From: a bacterium
Lineage (GTDB): Bacteria; Zixibacteria; MSB-5A5; GN15; FEB-12
Reading direction: 5' to 3'
Length of the DNA: 53,987 nucleotides
Assembly: GCA_043811375.1 (NCBI GenBank)
Contig: JBDRNJ010000060.1
Location: forward strand, 1-53,987
Shown here one piece after another: positions 44,480-53,847 of the stretch (its first letter is position 1; every line of letters begins with the position of its first letter). A program made the position numbers and the translations under genes. Below the pieces are notes generated by a model. That model searched no databases and was not told where the DNA came from. It saw only the letters and a list, made by a program, of their open reading frames with translations.

Positions 44480-45232
44480 TTATCCGTTCGCATCTTCCAG
44501 TTCGATGTGGCGGCTCAGTTCGGATAGGGTCGTTATGGTGCGAACCGTGTCGGGCATGTCATCGGGGTACTCACGGCCGTTCCACAGCTTGAGGATAGCC
44601 GCCATGCCGATCCCGGTGGGTCCCTGAACGTCCTCGACATAGCGGTCACCGATATAGACACACTCCGCCGGAGCACAACCGGCCAGGTTGGCCGCCCGGT
44701 AAAAAATGTCAGTATGCGGCTTGCGCAGACCGAAGGTGGAGCTGAAAACGGCAAAATCAAGATACGGTTCGATACCGAAACGCTTCAGTTCCTGCCGATG
44801 GGCTCGTTCGGGGAAAACGGTATTGGACACCAACCCGATCACCGGATACCGGCGGCGGATATTTTTCAGCGTTGTGACGGTATCGTCGTAGGGGCATATC
44901 ATCTCACCCATCGGTCGGTAGTAGGCGTCAAAGAAGCGGTCCAGCAACTCCGGGTCGGGTGCGATATCCCACTGGCGAAGCATCTCCGCCGCCGCCTCAA
45001 CGACGGTCCACTCTTGCAGGGTCTTTATGGCATGCTCGCGGTAGCGATCCTTGATGCTTGCGTACACCCGGTGAAATTCCTCATGGTCCGGAACAGGGTA
45101 CCCTTCGCGATGGAGAAACTCGCAGGCACTGCGATCACAACTGACATTGATCTCGTTCCACGGTATAACCTCGTACTCTATCAGGGTGGAACCCAGATCG
45201 AATATCACCGCCCGGGGATGCAGTTTTTTCAT
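44480..45232 (-). CDS. HAD-family hydrolase
   Basis: AVIFDLGSTL, LVSN, RKPH..IF, YIGD...DV.G. Confidence 0.9.
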   Translation of the reverse strand: MKKLHPRAVIFDLGSTLIEYEVIPWNEINVSCDRSACEFLHREGYPVPDHEEFHRVYASIKDRYREHAIKTLQEWTVVEAAAEMLRQWDIAPDPELLDRFFDAYYRPMGEMICPYDDTVTTLKNIRRRYPVIGLVSNTVFPERAHRQELKRFGIEPYLDFAVFSSTFGLRKPHTDIFYRAANLAGCAPAECVYIGDRYVEDVQGPTGIGMAAILKLWNGREYPDDMPDTVRTITTLSELSRHIELEDANG

Positions 45233-46260
45233 TTATCCTTCTGTCGTTTCAAGGCTGATTTCAGCAAGCGATCGATCAGTTGGTCGAATTCAATTCCGGC
45301 GGCCTGTGCCGCCATCGGCGCCAGCGACAGGCTGGTCATACCCGGCACTGTGTTGACTTCCAGGCAGTAGGACCGGCCGTTATCGGCCAGGATGAAATCC
45401 ACTCGCGCCAGTCCCGTAACACCGATGACATTGCAGACAATCACGGCCGCCTGCAGTAATTCGTCACGCAGGTGAGCAGAAACGTCGGCGGGAACAATAT
45501 ACTCTGATTTCCCCGGGGTGTATTTGGCTTCGAAGTCGTACAGTCCGTTAACCGCCTTGATTTCCACCACCGGCAAAGCTTCACCGTCCAGCACGGCCAC
45601 GGTCAGTTCCCGACCGGGGATGTACTGTTCGACCAGTATCCGTCGTGATTGTTCAGCCGCTGTCTCTACCGCCGGTCGCAACTGATCGTCTCCGGTCACA
45701 CAGGTCAGGCCGATTGTCGAGCCGCCGTCGTTGGGCTTAACAACGATCGGAAAGGTAAACCGATTCCTGACAGCGTCGGCAATCGAGTCGATGGAGTTGT
45801 CGGAATCAAGTCGGTACAACTGCCAGTCGGGCGTCGGTACACCGACCGAGGTAAACAATCGCTTGGAGACAGCCTTGTCCATCGCCACCGCCGAGGCGGT
45901 CATACTCGACCCGGTGCCGGGAATTCCCGACAACTCCAGCAGACATTGAATGGAACCGTTCTCACCGGCTCCCCCGTGCAGGGCTATAAACACCACCTCG
46001 ATATCATCCATTTCATCAGCCCCCAGAGCGGCTGTCAGGGCCGTAAGGCCGGTATAGTCAGCAACATCGGTAGATACCGGACTCGACCTGTCAATGGCGA
46101 TGAAGTCGCCGTCCGACCCCAGCAGGGGCTGCCCACTGGCGGGATCAATCGCCCGGACCTGATGTCCCAGGCGTATAAGAGCCTCACACACAGCCTTGCC
46201 GGTTGTCAGTGAAACCTCACGTTCGTTGGAATCACCACCGGCCAGCAAAAGTACCTTCAT
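45229..46260 (-). CDS. ddl: D-alanine--D-alanine ligase
   Basis: GGDSNEREVSL, ALHGG.GENG, MDK..SK, YDFEAKY, RVDF, EVNTVPGMT. Confidence 0.96.
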   Translation of the reverse strand: MKVLLLAGGDSNEREVSLTTGKAVCEALIRLGHQVRAIDPASGQPLLGSDGDFIAIDRSSPVSTDVADYTGLTALTAALGADEMDDIEVVFIALHGGAGENGSIQCLLELSGIPGTGSSMTASAVAMDKAVSKRLFTSVGVPTPDWQLYRLDSDNSIDSIADAVRNRFTFPIVVKPNDGGSTIGLTCVTGDDQLRPAVETAAEQSRRILVEQYIPGRELTVAVLDGEALPVVEIKAVNGLYDFEAKYTPGKSEYIVPADVSAHLRDELLQAAVIVCNVIGVTGLARVDFILADNGRSYCLEVNTVPGMTSLSLAPMAAQAAGIEFDQLIDRLLKSALKRQKDK

Positions 46261-46886
46261 CTACTTCTCCCGCGTAATTTTCGGAATCTGTGAAAAATAT
46301 AGACTGCCAGCATCATTGCCAGCACCAGCAAGATCACCCGACTGTAGCCGACAATGAAATCACCGATACGATCCAGATTCTCGACTGCCATCATCGCTAT
46401 ATACAGCAGTAACACCGCAAATATAAGGTATGATACCAGCGAATAAAGCAGCATTTTGGCCGCATGATAGCGACCGATACCGGCCACCAGCGCCAGCGGC
46501 GAACGAAAACCCACCACAAACCGTGAAAAAATCAGTATCACACCCCCCCATCGCTTGAGGTATCCTTCCACTTTCACAATGTCGGAGGCTGAGAAGTACT
46601 TGAAATCGCGGCGCATGAAATAATCGTGACCGTATTTGCGGCCAAGAAAATAGACCAGCATCACCGATGACATTCCACCAACCACCACCGACAATAAGGC
46701 CGGTACAAAATCCAACCGCGCCGCCCCTACCAAGGCGCCGGCGGCAACAACAAAACTGTCCCCGGGCCAGGGAGGAAGGATATTCTCGATAAAACAGGCC
46801 ACCACAATGATGAGATAGATCCAGACGGTTCCATGGCTGAAGATCGAGTCGAGAAACTGCGTGATCTGTTGTGGATCCTCAAGCAT
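46257..46886 (-). CDS. DedA family membrane protein
   Basis: FIENILPPWPGD, YFLGR.YG, SRFVVGFR..AG. Confidence 0.92.
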   Translation of the reverse strand: MLEDPQQITQFLDSIFSHGTVWIYLIIVVACFIENILPPWPGDSFVVAAGALVGAARLDFVPALLSVVVGGMSSVMLVYFLGRKYGHDYFMRRDFKYFSASDIVKVEGYLKRWGGVILIFSRFVVGFRSPLALVAGIGRYHAAKMLLYSLVSYLIFAVLLLYIAMMAVENLDRIGDFIVGYSRVILLVLAMMLAVYIFHRFRKLRGRSR

Positions 46887-47367
46887 CGCGGGCAATCAGG
46901 CAGACGGCGGCGGCGGCAATACCTTCCTCACGGCCGATAAAACCCAGCCGTTCGGTGGTGGTGGCTTTGATATTGACCCGGGAAACTTCTACACCGATAA
47001 CGGCGGCTACCCGCTCTTTCATAGCGGCCAGGTGAGGACTGAAACGCGGAAGTTGTGCCATGATGGTAGCATCTATATTGACCACCTCGGAGGTACCGGC
47101 CTTACGGATCATCACCAGGGTTTGCTGCAACAGTCCGGCGGAATCGGCTCCGTGGTATCTTTCATCGGTGGCCGGGAACTGCTGCCCGATATCAGGCAGC
47201 CCGGCTGCTCCCAGCAGGGCATCTATGATGGCATGCAGGAGCACATCCCCGTCACTGTGACCCAGCAATCCTTTTTCGTAGGGGATATTGACGCCGCCGA
47301 CGATCAGCTCTCGTTCCGCCACCAGTGGGTGGACATCAAAGCCGTGGCCGACTCTCAGGTTTTTCAT
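46879..47367 (-). CDS. ispF: 2-C-methyl-D-erythritol 2,4-cyclodiphosphate synthase
   Basis: RVGHGFDVH, GHSDGDVLLHAIIDALLGA, NIKATTTERLGFIGREEG. Confidence 0.97.
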   Translation of the reverse strand: MKNLRVGHGFDVHPLVAERELIVGGVNIPYEKGLLGHSDGDVLLHAIIDALLGAAGLPDIGQQFPATDERYHGADSAGLLQQTLVMIRKAGTSEVVNIDATIMAQLPRFSPHLAAMKERVAAVIGVEVSRVNIKATTTERLGFIGREEGIAAAAVCLIARDA

Positions 47368-48061
47368 CAAGTTCCCTTTTCAGGACAGCCTCCACCCCAA
47401 CCAGATCATCGCGGCTGGTGACTTTGGGGTTAGGGCCGCTTGGTTCGACTATTTTCACTTTGAAACCACGAGCCTCCACCAGTGCCGCATCATCGGTAAA
47501 CGGCCCGATGCTGCCATTATCGGAAGCGGCCCCCCGGTGGGCGGCCATAATGAGATCGTACTGAAACACCTGTGGCGTCTGGGCCAGGTACAAAGAATCC
47601 CGTGCCAGCGTATTCAGCACAAATCCCTGGCGCGCCCGTTTGACGGTATCGGTGGCCGGGACCGCCAGGAGAGCGGCTCGCTCAGCCCGGGCAGTGGCGA
47701 CCACTCGGTCGATATCGTCAGGCTTCACCAACGGCCGCGCTCCGTCATGAATAGCTACATAGCCGGTGGATATCGGCAGCGCCTGCAGTCCGTTCAGGAC
47801 CGACTGCCGTCGCGTTTCGCCGCCAATGACGACTTTGGCGACTTTCCCAAAGCCAAACGGATCAACCACTTTCCGGCTGGTGTGCAGCAGGTATTCCTCG
47901 GCCACCACTACTGCGATCTTATCGATACTGGCGGCATTTTCAAAGCGGCTGATAGTCCAGGCCAACAGCGGGCGGCCGCAAATCTCCAGGAACTGCTTGG
48001 GCACCACACTACCGAACCGCTGCGACCCGCCGGCCGCTACAATAATGCCCCATACTTTCAT
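47336..48061 (-). CDS. ispD: 2-C-methyl-D-erythritol 4-phosphate cytidylyltransferase
   Basis: AAGGSQRF..PKQF, GG.TR.QSV.NGL, IHDGARP, AQTPQ.F, TDDA. Confidence 0.96.
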   Translation of the reverse strand: MKVWGIIVAAGGSQRFGSVVPKQFLEICGRPLLAWTISRFENAASIDKIAVVVAEEYLLHTSRKVVDPFGFGKVAKVVIGGETRRQSVLNGLQALPISTGYVAIHDGARPLVKPDDIDRVVATARAERAALLAVPATDTVKRARQGFVLNTLARDSLYLAQTPQVFQYDLIMAAHRGAASDNGSIGPFTDDAALVEARGFKVKIVEPSGPNPKVTSRDDLVGVEAVLKRELDEKPESRPRL

Positions 48062-48103
48062 GGAAATCAATATACGCGCCCCTCAGACGCGGCAAAAGGG
48101 GAA

Positions 48104-49162
48104 TTACAGAATTAGCATGGCATCGCCGTAGCTGTAGAATCGCAGCCGGTTCTCGATTGCCTCACGGTAAGCCGACAGTATCCGCTCACGGCCGGCAAAA
48201 GCGCCGACCAGAATCAGAAGCGATGATTTCGGCAAATGGAAATTGGTCATCAGGTGATCGACCACGCGGAACTCAAAGTTGGGTTTCACATACAAATCCA
48301 CCATAGAAGAAAACGGTTGTATTTCACCGTTGATCATCCGGGCCGATTCGAGTGTCCTCACGCTTGTCGTGCCTACGGCGAAGATACTACCTCCCCGCTC
48401 TCTGATTCGGTTCAACGACTTTGCCGCCCGGGGCGACAGGACGGCATACTCCGGGTCAACAACGTGGTCGTCGATATCAGCAGCTTTGACCGGCTTGAAA
48501 GTCCCCGGCCCGACATGGAGACAAGTCTCAATTATTTCTACTCCATTGTTCCTGATCCGGCCAAGCAGTGACCGGGTAAAGTGAAACCCGGCCGTCGGCG
48601 CCGCCACCGCCCCCACTTGATTGGGGTCAGCAAAAATCGTCTGGTAGCGACGGATGTCACACGGCTGGTCCTGCCGTTTGATATAATGCGGCAGCGGCAC
48701 ATGACCGAAACGACCGACAATCCGTTGGAATTGCGACCGGGATTGAAACCCCACCTGCCACAAACCACCCCCCAAATCCTTCTGCAGTATCACACGATAA
48801 GATTCAAACAGTATTTGCTCACCCTCCCTGACGCGTCTCGAAGGACTAACCATCCCCACCCAGGGGGCAATGCCCCTTTTATTTTCCATCTCCCCGGCGT
48901 CCGGCAGGGGCCGCACCAGGAAAATCTCTACTTTGCCTCCGCTGGCTCGATGCCCGAACAACCGCGCCTTGAAAACTTTGGTACTATTCACCACCAGGGC
49001 GTCACCCTTTTTCAGGTAATCAAGCAGATTGCGAAACGGCCCGATAGTCGTGGAACCGCTCTGACGATCAAGGACCATCAGACGCGAGGCATCACGCCTG
49101 CGGGCCGGGAACTGGGCGACCAATTCGGCGGGGAGGTGATAATCAAACTGCGAAGTTCTCAT
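48104..49162 (-). CDS. queA: S-adenosylmethionine:tRNA ribosyltransferase-isomerase
   Basis: FDYHLP.EL.AQ.P, PLPHYI, AAPTAG.HF, LHVG.GTF, VGTTSVR.LES, TNFHLPKS, FYSYGDAM. Confidence 0.98.
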   Translation of the reverse strand: MRTSQFDYHLPAELVAQFPARRRDASRLMVLDRQSGSTTIGPFRNLLDYLKKGDALVVNSTKVFKARLFGHRASGGKVEIFLVRPLPDAGEMENKRGIAPWVGMVSPSRRVREGEQILFESYRVILQKDLGGGLWQVGFQSRSQFQRIVGRFGHVPLPHYIKRQDQPCDIRRYQTIFADPNQVGAVAAPTAGFHFTRSLLGRIRNNGVEIIETCLHVGPGTFKPVKAADIDDHVVDPEYAVLSPRAAKSLNRIRERGGSIFAVGTTSVRTLESARMINGEIQPFSSMVDLYVKPNFEFRVVDHLMTNFHLPKSSLLILVGAFAGRERILSAYREAIENRLRFYSYGDAMLIL

Positions 49163-49266
49163 TGTTTATATAACGACCGGTACAAACAATCCGTGCAGGT
49201 CATGTCCTTTGCAAAGCATTGATAAAAGGTGGGCATCGGCAGCACAGAAAACCTCGACAGCACACT

Positions 49267-49296
49267 TGTCATGTTGAGCGGAGTCGAAACATGACA
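49267..49296. repeat. GTCA-type REP-like palindrome
   Basis: TGTCATGTT-GAGCGGAGTCGA-AACATGACA. Confidence 0.65.
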
Positions 49297-49572
49297 GCCA
49301 TCGGCGGACGCGGCTGGCATCCACAAACTTGCGGATGTGTCATAATAAAGTTTCGCCAAGTCTTGCCACCGACGGGTGGCATCAACAAACGAGTTTGGGA
49401 GTGCCACACCATAACTACGCGATTGAAAATAGAAGTGGCTTGCCACTGGCAATGCCACTCGCCCTTCGTCTCCGCTCAGGGTGACGAGAAAGTTATCTTC
49501 TTACAACTGGCTTTTATCACTGCCTCCTTGCGGTCATGACATGTTAGCCAGGTGCACAAGGCACCTGACCTG

Positions 49573-49860
49573 CTATGTATTAAACACCGTCAATCGGTCG
49601 ATCCAGATCTGCGCCAACGCTTTTTGTTCCGGTGTTAATTCTTTGGGGAAAGGCCGGCCGTTCAGACAATTCTCCAACGCGTCAAGAGCTGTGCGGGTGT
49701 CGGCCACAGTCAGGATTTCCCCCGTTTCATCTTTCAACTTGTCACGGAACTTGACCGTTTCTGAAATAAGCATAGCCACCGTCCCCGTAGGGTTGGCCTG
49801 TTTTTCCAAAACCAGGGCGCCGAGCGACTCAAACAACAGTTGCAGTTCGTCCTCGTGCAT
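49573..49860 (-). CDS. Hypothetical 95-aa protein coupled to ruvB
   Basis: Starts 1 bp after the ruvB stop, with host-like codon usage. No family recognised. Confidence 0.75.
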   Translation of the reverse strand: MHEDELQLLFESLGALVLEKQANPTGTVAMLISETVKFRDKLKDETGEILTVADTRTALDALENCLNGRPFPKELTPEQKALAQIWIDRLTVFNT

Positions 49861-49861
49861 A

Positions 49862-50890
49862 TCAGAGCAGCTTTTCCTGCACCGAGTCGCCGGGCATTTT
49901 CAGGCCGATATGCCGGGCCGCTTCAGCCGAGGCTACCCGTCCCCGTTTGGTGCGCCGCACAAAACCAATTTTCAGTAAATAAGGCTCGACCATATCCACC
50001 AGCGTGTCAGTCTCTTCATTGAGAGTCGCTCCCAGCGCCTCGATACCGACCGGCCCGCCCTGATAGTACTCGATGATGACTTTCAGCAGCTTGCGATCAA
50101 GGCTGTCCAGCCCCAGTGAATCGACCCCCTCGGCATCGAGCGCTTTCTCGGCCAGTTCGACAGTTATTTTGCCGTCGGCTTTGACATCGGCGTAGTCGCG
50201 CACACGCCGTAGCAGCCGGTTGGCGATACGGGGTGTCCCACGCGAACGCCGGGCGATTGTTCCCGCCGCTTCCGGGACCATCTCCGTCTTAAGCAGCCGG
50301 GCCGAACGGCAGACGATTTCCTGCAATTCCACGACAGGATAAAAATCAATATGGTAATACAGGCCGAATCGGTCTCTCAACGGAGCCGAAAGCAGCCCGG
50401 CCCGGGTGGTGGCGCCGATCAGCGTAAAGTGCTTCAGCGGTACGTTGATAACTTTGGCGAAAGCTCCCTTGTCGACCACGAAATCGACCTTGTAATCCTC
50501 CATGGCCGGGTAGATGAATTCCTCGATCGTCGGCGACAGGCGGTGAATTTCATCGATAAACAAAATGTCACGCTCTTTGAGATTGGTCAAAATGCCCATC
50601 AGGTCGCCGGTGCGCTGCAGTGCCGGCCCGGCGGTGGACACAATTTTGGATTTCATCTCACCGGCAATAATATGTGCCAGCGTCGTCTTGCCCAGTCCGG
50701 GCGGACCGTGAAACAGAATATGCTCTGTCGCTTCATTGCGACCGAGAGCCGCATTCAGTGTCACCTTCAACTTCTCCCGAAGTTGTTTCTGGCCGACGTA
50801 ATCACAAAGACGCGTCGGCCGCAGGGACAGATGCAGGGCGTCTTCTTCGGCATTCACGGCCGTGCCCGACACAACTCGCTCACGTCCCAT
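49862..50890 (-). CDS. ruvB: Holliday junction branch migration helicase RuvB
   Basis: LRP..L..YVGQ, GPPGLGKTTLA, FIDEIHRL, GATTRAG, SRGTPRIANRLLRRVRD, GGPVG. Confidence 0.98.
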   Translation of the reverse strand: MGRERVVSGTAVNAEEDALHLSLRPTRLCDYVGQKQLREKLKVTLNAALGRNEATEHILFHGPPGLGKTTLAHIIAGEMKSKIVSTAGPALQRTGDLMGILTNLKERDILFIDEIHRLSPTIEEFIYPAMEDYKVDFVVDKGAFAKVINVPLKHFTLIGATTRAGLLSAPLRDRFGLYYHIDFYPVVELQEIVCRSARLLKTEMVPEAAGTIARRSRGTPRIANRLLRRVRDYADVKADGKITVELAEKALDAEGVDSLGLDSLDRKLLKVIIEYYQGGPVGIEALGATLNEETDTLVDMVEPYLLKIGFVRRTKRGRVASAEAARHIGLKMPGDSVQEKLL

Positions 50891-50891
50891 G

Positions 50892-51054
50892 AGGCATCGC
50901 CTCTTCTATTACGTCCGACCACGGCATCATGTTGACGGTATCTCCTGCTCGTTTTTGAACATCATCTCGATTCGTATCCCGCAAGGCATCACCTCTTCTA
51001 TCACGTCCGACCACGGCATCATGCTGATGGCATCTCCTGCTCGTTTTTGAATAT
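50892..51054. repeat. 71-bp imperfect direct repeat (period 92) spanning the ruvA 3' end
   Basis: 50892-50962 versus 50984-51054: 65/71 identical, all six differences are transitions. Confidence 0.9.
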
Positions 51055-51663
51055 GACTGCGATCAACTTTTCCGCCGAGGCTATCCCGAGGTTAGCCGAC
51101 AGTGCCCGGCGGATCATTGCCTGGGCTTCCTGACGGCTGTACTGCAACTGCTGTAACACTTCAATAGCCTCCGCCTCGAACGGAGGTGCCGGACGTTCTT
51201 TGATTGCCAGCGGTTCGTCGCTTCTGGAGAGGGCAAACTTGGCTGTCTTGCCGCGCAACTCGGCCACTATCTTGTCGGCCAGACGGCCGCCGACCCCCGG
51301 CAACTGGCTGAGCTTGCCGACGTCCCTGGTTTCAATGGCGGTGGCGATATCCCTGATCGGCATCACCAGTGATTTCAGAGCTTTCTTTACACCCAAACCG
51401 GGCACCTGCGTAAACAGCGAGAAAAACTCCCGGTCGACCGGATCTGTAAAACCCAGCAATTTGGGATAATGGTTGGATTTTTTGTCGCCCGCCTCGATAA
51501 AGTAGATCGTCTCAAAAGTGACATCCTGCCCGATTGTGCCGTTTTTCTTCAACCGTTCCGCCAGCGCCGAGGGAACCATCACTTCGTATGATAACCCTCC
51601 GTTCTCCACCAGCGCATAGCGGTCGGTGATAAGAGCTAACTTGCCCCGGATACGACTGATCAT
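51019..51663 (-). CDS. ruvA: Holliday junction branch migration protein RuvA
   Basis: MI..IRGKL, LLGF....DREFF, HhH motifs VPGLGVKKA and LPGVG.RLA.KIVAEL. ruvC-ruvA-ruvB order. Confidence 0.95.
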   Translation of the reverse strand: MISRIRGKLALITDRYALVENGGLSYEVMVPSALAERLKKNGTIGQDVTFETIYFIEAGDKKSNHYPKLLGFTDPVDREFFSLFTQVPGLGVKKALKSLVMPIRDIATAIETRDVGKLSQLPGVGGRLADKIVAELRGKTAKFALSRSDEPLAIKERPAPPFEAEAIEVLQQLQYSRQEAQAMIRRALSANLGIASAEKLIAVIFKNEQEMPSA

Positions 51664-52154
51664 ATTGCCGCCACCTCTTTCAGATTAGCTACTCGGCAAT
51701 GACACAGCGCTGCCGCCAGGGCGTCGGCGGCGTCCGGGGGTTCCGGTACTTCCGGCAGGCGCAGCGTGGAGCAGATCATCAGTTGCACCTGTCTTTTGGA
51801 GGCCCGGCCGTTGCCGGTCAGCGACTTTTTGATACGGGTCGAGGCATACGGAAACACCGGCAGACCGGCCTCAGCCGCCTTGAGAAATATGATACCCCTC
51901 GCATGTCCCATAATAATGGCTGTCTTCGGGTGGCCGTAGTGAGAATAAAGCTCTTCCACCGCAACCGCTTCCGGTTGAAACTGGGCGATAATCACCCCGA
52001 TATCGAAAGCGATCGTCTTGAGCCGCTCGGCCATCGTGTCCCGGTGGTTAGTGCGCACCACTCCCGCCTCAACGACCGTGATTTGCTCTGAGTCGCTATC
52101 GAGTATGCCATATCCGGTGACATTAAGTCCGGGGTCGATTCCCATTATTCGCAT
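51660..52154 (-). CDS. ruvC: Crossover junction endodeoxyribonuclease RuvC
   Basis: MRIMGIDPG..TGYG, AVEE, GHARG, IKK..TGNG.ASK.QV, DAADALA.A.CH. Confidence 0.97.
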   Translation of the reverse strand: MRIMGIDPGLNVTGYGILDSDSEQITVVEAGVVRTNHRDTMAERLKTIAFDIGVIIAQFQPEAVAVEELYSHYGHPKTAIIMGHARGIIFLKAAEAGLPVFPYASTRIKKSLTGNGRASKRQVQLMICSTLRLPEVPEPPDAADALAAALCHCRVANLKEVAAI

Positions 52155-52263
52155 GACACCGATAGATAGGCCGTTTAGCGCGTGATTTCAACTTAAAACT
52201 GGCTGTTTGGGTCACTGATGTGATGCTGGTCGCCGGAGTGAAAAGCCCGACACCCGGCGTGAA

Positions 52264-53157
52264 TCAATACTGTGTGCTCTTACTACTGCCCCCGGCTCCA
52301 TAATGCAGTTCGTCAGCTGCCAACTTGGGATCGCCAATTGTCTCGATCCAAAATTCATAGTGAGGCAATTCAATACTTCCTTTAGGGAGGCAGCACTTCT
52401 TGAATTTTATCCCTGATCCACAAGGGCACTGATCGTTTCGACCAAGGCTTTTGAATTTATTGATTGAATGTGATTTTGTGGTAAGCCTCACATCCCATTC
52501 GTCGTATGGGTCTTGAAGCCTAGCAACAAGATATTCTAACTGTGCATAATTGTACGGGTCACGCCGTTCCTTATCTTCCGGACTAGAAGGGAAGGCTACT
52601 GAGTACTTCTGATGAGGCTCAGTCACAACGGAAACACCAACTGCCCTAAACTCAGTGATCCTCCTACCACACATTTCTCCATCGTATATCTCGCCAATCT
52701 CATGCCCGCAGGGGTTACGAATAGATCTTTCTGCTCCGCAGATTGTACACGCCGTATTAAGGTAGAGCATTTCTGGACTAAAAAAAAGTTTGTAGGGAAA
52801 CAGCGACTGAAACTTGTGTATCATCGCCAGCGTAGAATCCAGCAAATAGGGGTTATCTATTTGTCTTTCTAAATGGTCTGTGACAAATCCGTATCTGATT
52901 TCGCTCTTCTCAAATGCACACCAAGACCCGTAGAATTGCCTATCCAGCAAACTCCTGTACGCTTCAATATAATGCTTATGTACCAACACCACCTGTTCAA
53001 GGCACCATGCCCGTTTAGCACCGCTTTGATCGTCACGGTGTACGTATTCTGACTTGACCGCTTTAAGTTGATCAAGCAGAACCTCCGGTTGGCTCCCATT
53101 GCTCCATCTTGACTGAATCGAATCCTTGATATCCTGATCAATTTGCTGAATCGTCAT
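52264..53157 (-). CDS. SEC-C motif protein with an additional Cys/His cluster
   Basis: [19 protein letters not shown] near the C-terminus; internal CTICG..CGH..G..YDGEMC. Low GC. ATG 53157 overlaps the upstream gene. Confidence 0.82.
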   Translation of the reverse strand: MTIQQIDQDIKDSIQSRWSNGSQPEVLLDQLKAVKSEYVHRDDQSGAKRAWCLEQVVLVHKHYIEAYRSLLDRQFYGSWCAFEKSEIRYGFVTDHLERQIDNPYLLDSTLAMIHKFQSLFPYKLFFSPEMLYLNTACTICGAERSIRNPCGHEIGEIYDGEMCGRRITEFRAVGVSVVTEPHQKYSVAFPSSPEDKERRDPYNYAQLEYLVARLQDPYDEWDVRLTTKSHSINKFKSLGRNDQCPCGSGIKFKKCCLPKGSIELPHYEFWIETIGDPKLAADELHYGAGGSSKSTQY

Positions 53158-53677
53158 CCGAGGAGCCTTGCAGCATTTGGTCGATTTTCTGGGAAACGAT
53201 GCCCTCAAATTCGTCACCAGATCCTTCATATGTAATCTGTTTGAATGTGCCAGTATGGTCCTGAACCGTCAGTGACACTTTGACCATGCGCAGTTTCTTG
53301 GTCCGGAGTATTTTCTCGGAGATATAGCGCGACACGACGTTTACCACTGTGGGTGCAACTACTATCGTGAGGAACAAAACGGGAAGCGTAACGACATCGT
53401 GGTGAAGAGCGAGCTCCTTGTAGTCCGCATCGGTCGTGCAAATGTCGACACTCTTGTCCGGTTCAAGGTTGCGTTTCAGGTACTCTAAGAATGCCTCTGT
53501 AGACTCCGGAAAGAATGGTATATCGAGATCACCATGAGACTTAAACGGAAGTAAAACAACTTGTGCTTGGCGGATCGACTCTGCTGTCGATCGTTCTATG
53601 TCTAGGTATTTGAGCCAGAAGTCAAGAGTCTCCTCCGTATTCTCTACTTCAATGTTCCTATCTGGACGCTCTACCAT
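53138..53677 (-). CDS. Hypothetical protein with one hydrophobic segment
   Basis: AGGAGA RBS, 179 aa, hydrophobic stretch [21 protein letters not shown], low GC. Confidence 0.8.
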   Translation of the reverse strand: MVERPDRNIEVENTEETLDFWLKYLDIERSTAESIRQAQVVLLPFKSHGDLDIPFFPESTEAFLEYLKRNLEPDKSVDICTTDADYKELALHHDVVTLPVLFLTIVVAPTVVNVVSRYISEKILRTKKLRMVKVSLTVQDHTGTFKQITYEGSGDEFEGIVSQKIDQMLQGSSDDDSAN

Positions 53678-53824
53678 AGGTTTCTCCTAAGATACTCTAA
53701 TAACTGGCAAGAAGTAAGATAAGATTGCTAACATCGTGCTTCAACAAAAAAAACAATAGCCCGGGTGGCCCACGATTTAGGGATTATTGAAAAAGCGTTT
53801 TTCATACCTGGACGACATTGGACT

Positions 53825-53847
53825 TGTCATGCCCGCGAAAGCGGGCA
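53825..53847. repeat. GTCA-type REP-like palindrome abutting the IS30 end
   Basis: TGTCATGCCCGCGAAAGCGGGCA, stem TGCCCGC/GCGGGCA with a GAAA loop. Confidence 0.82.

Noticed and set aside
737..52091. Numerous long antisense and alternate-frame ORFs (e.g. 35834-37081, 33967-34665, 47288-48115)
   Set aside because: Shadow ORFs expected opposite real genes in GC-rich DNA; no independent motifs.
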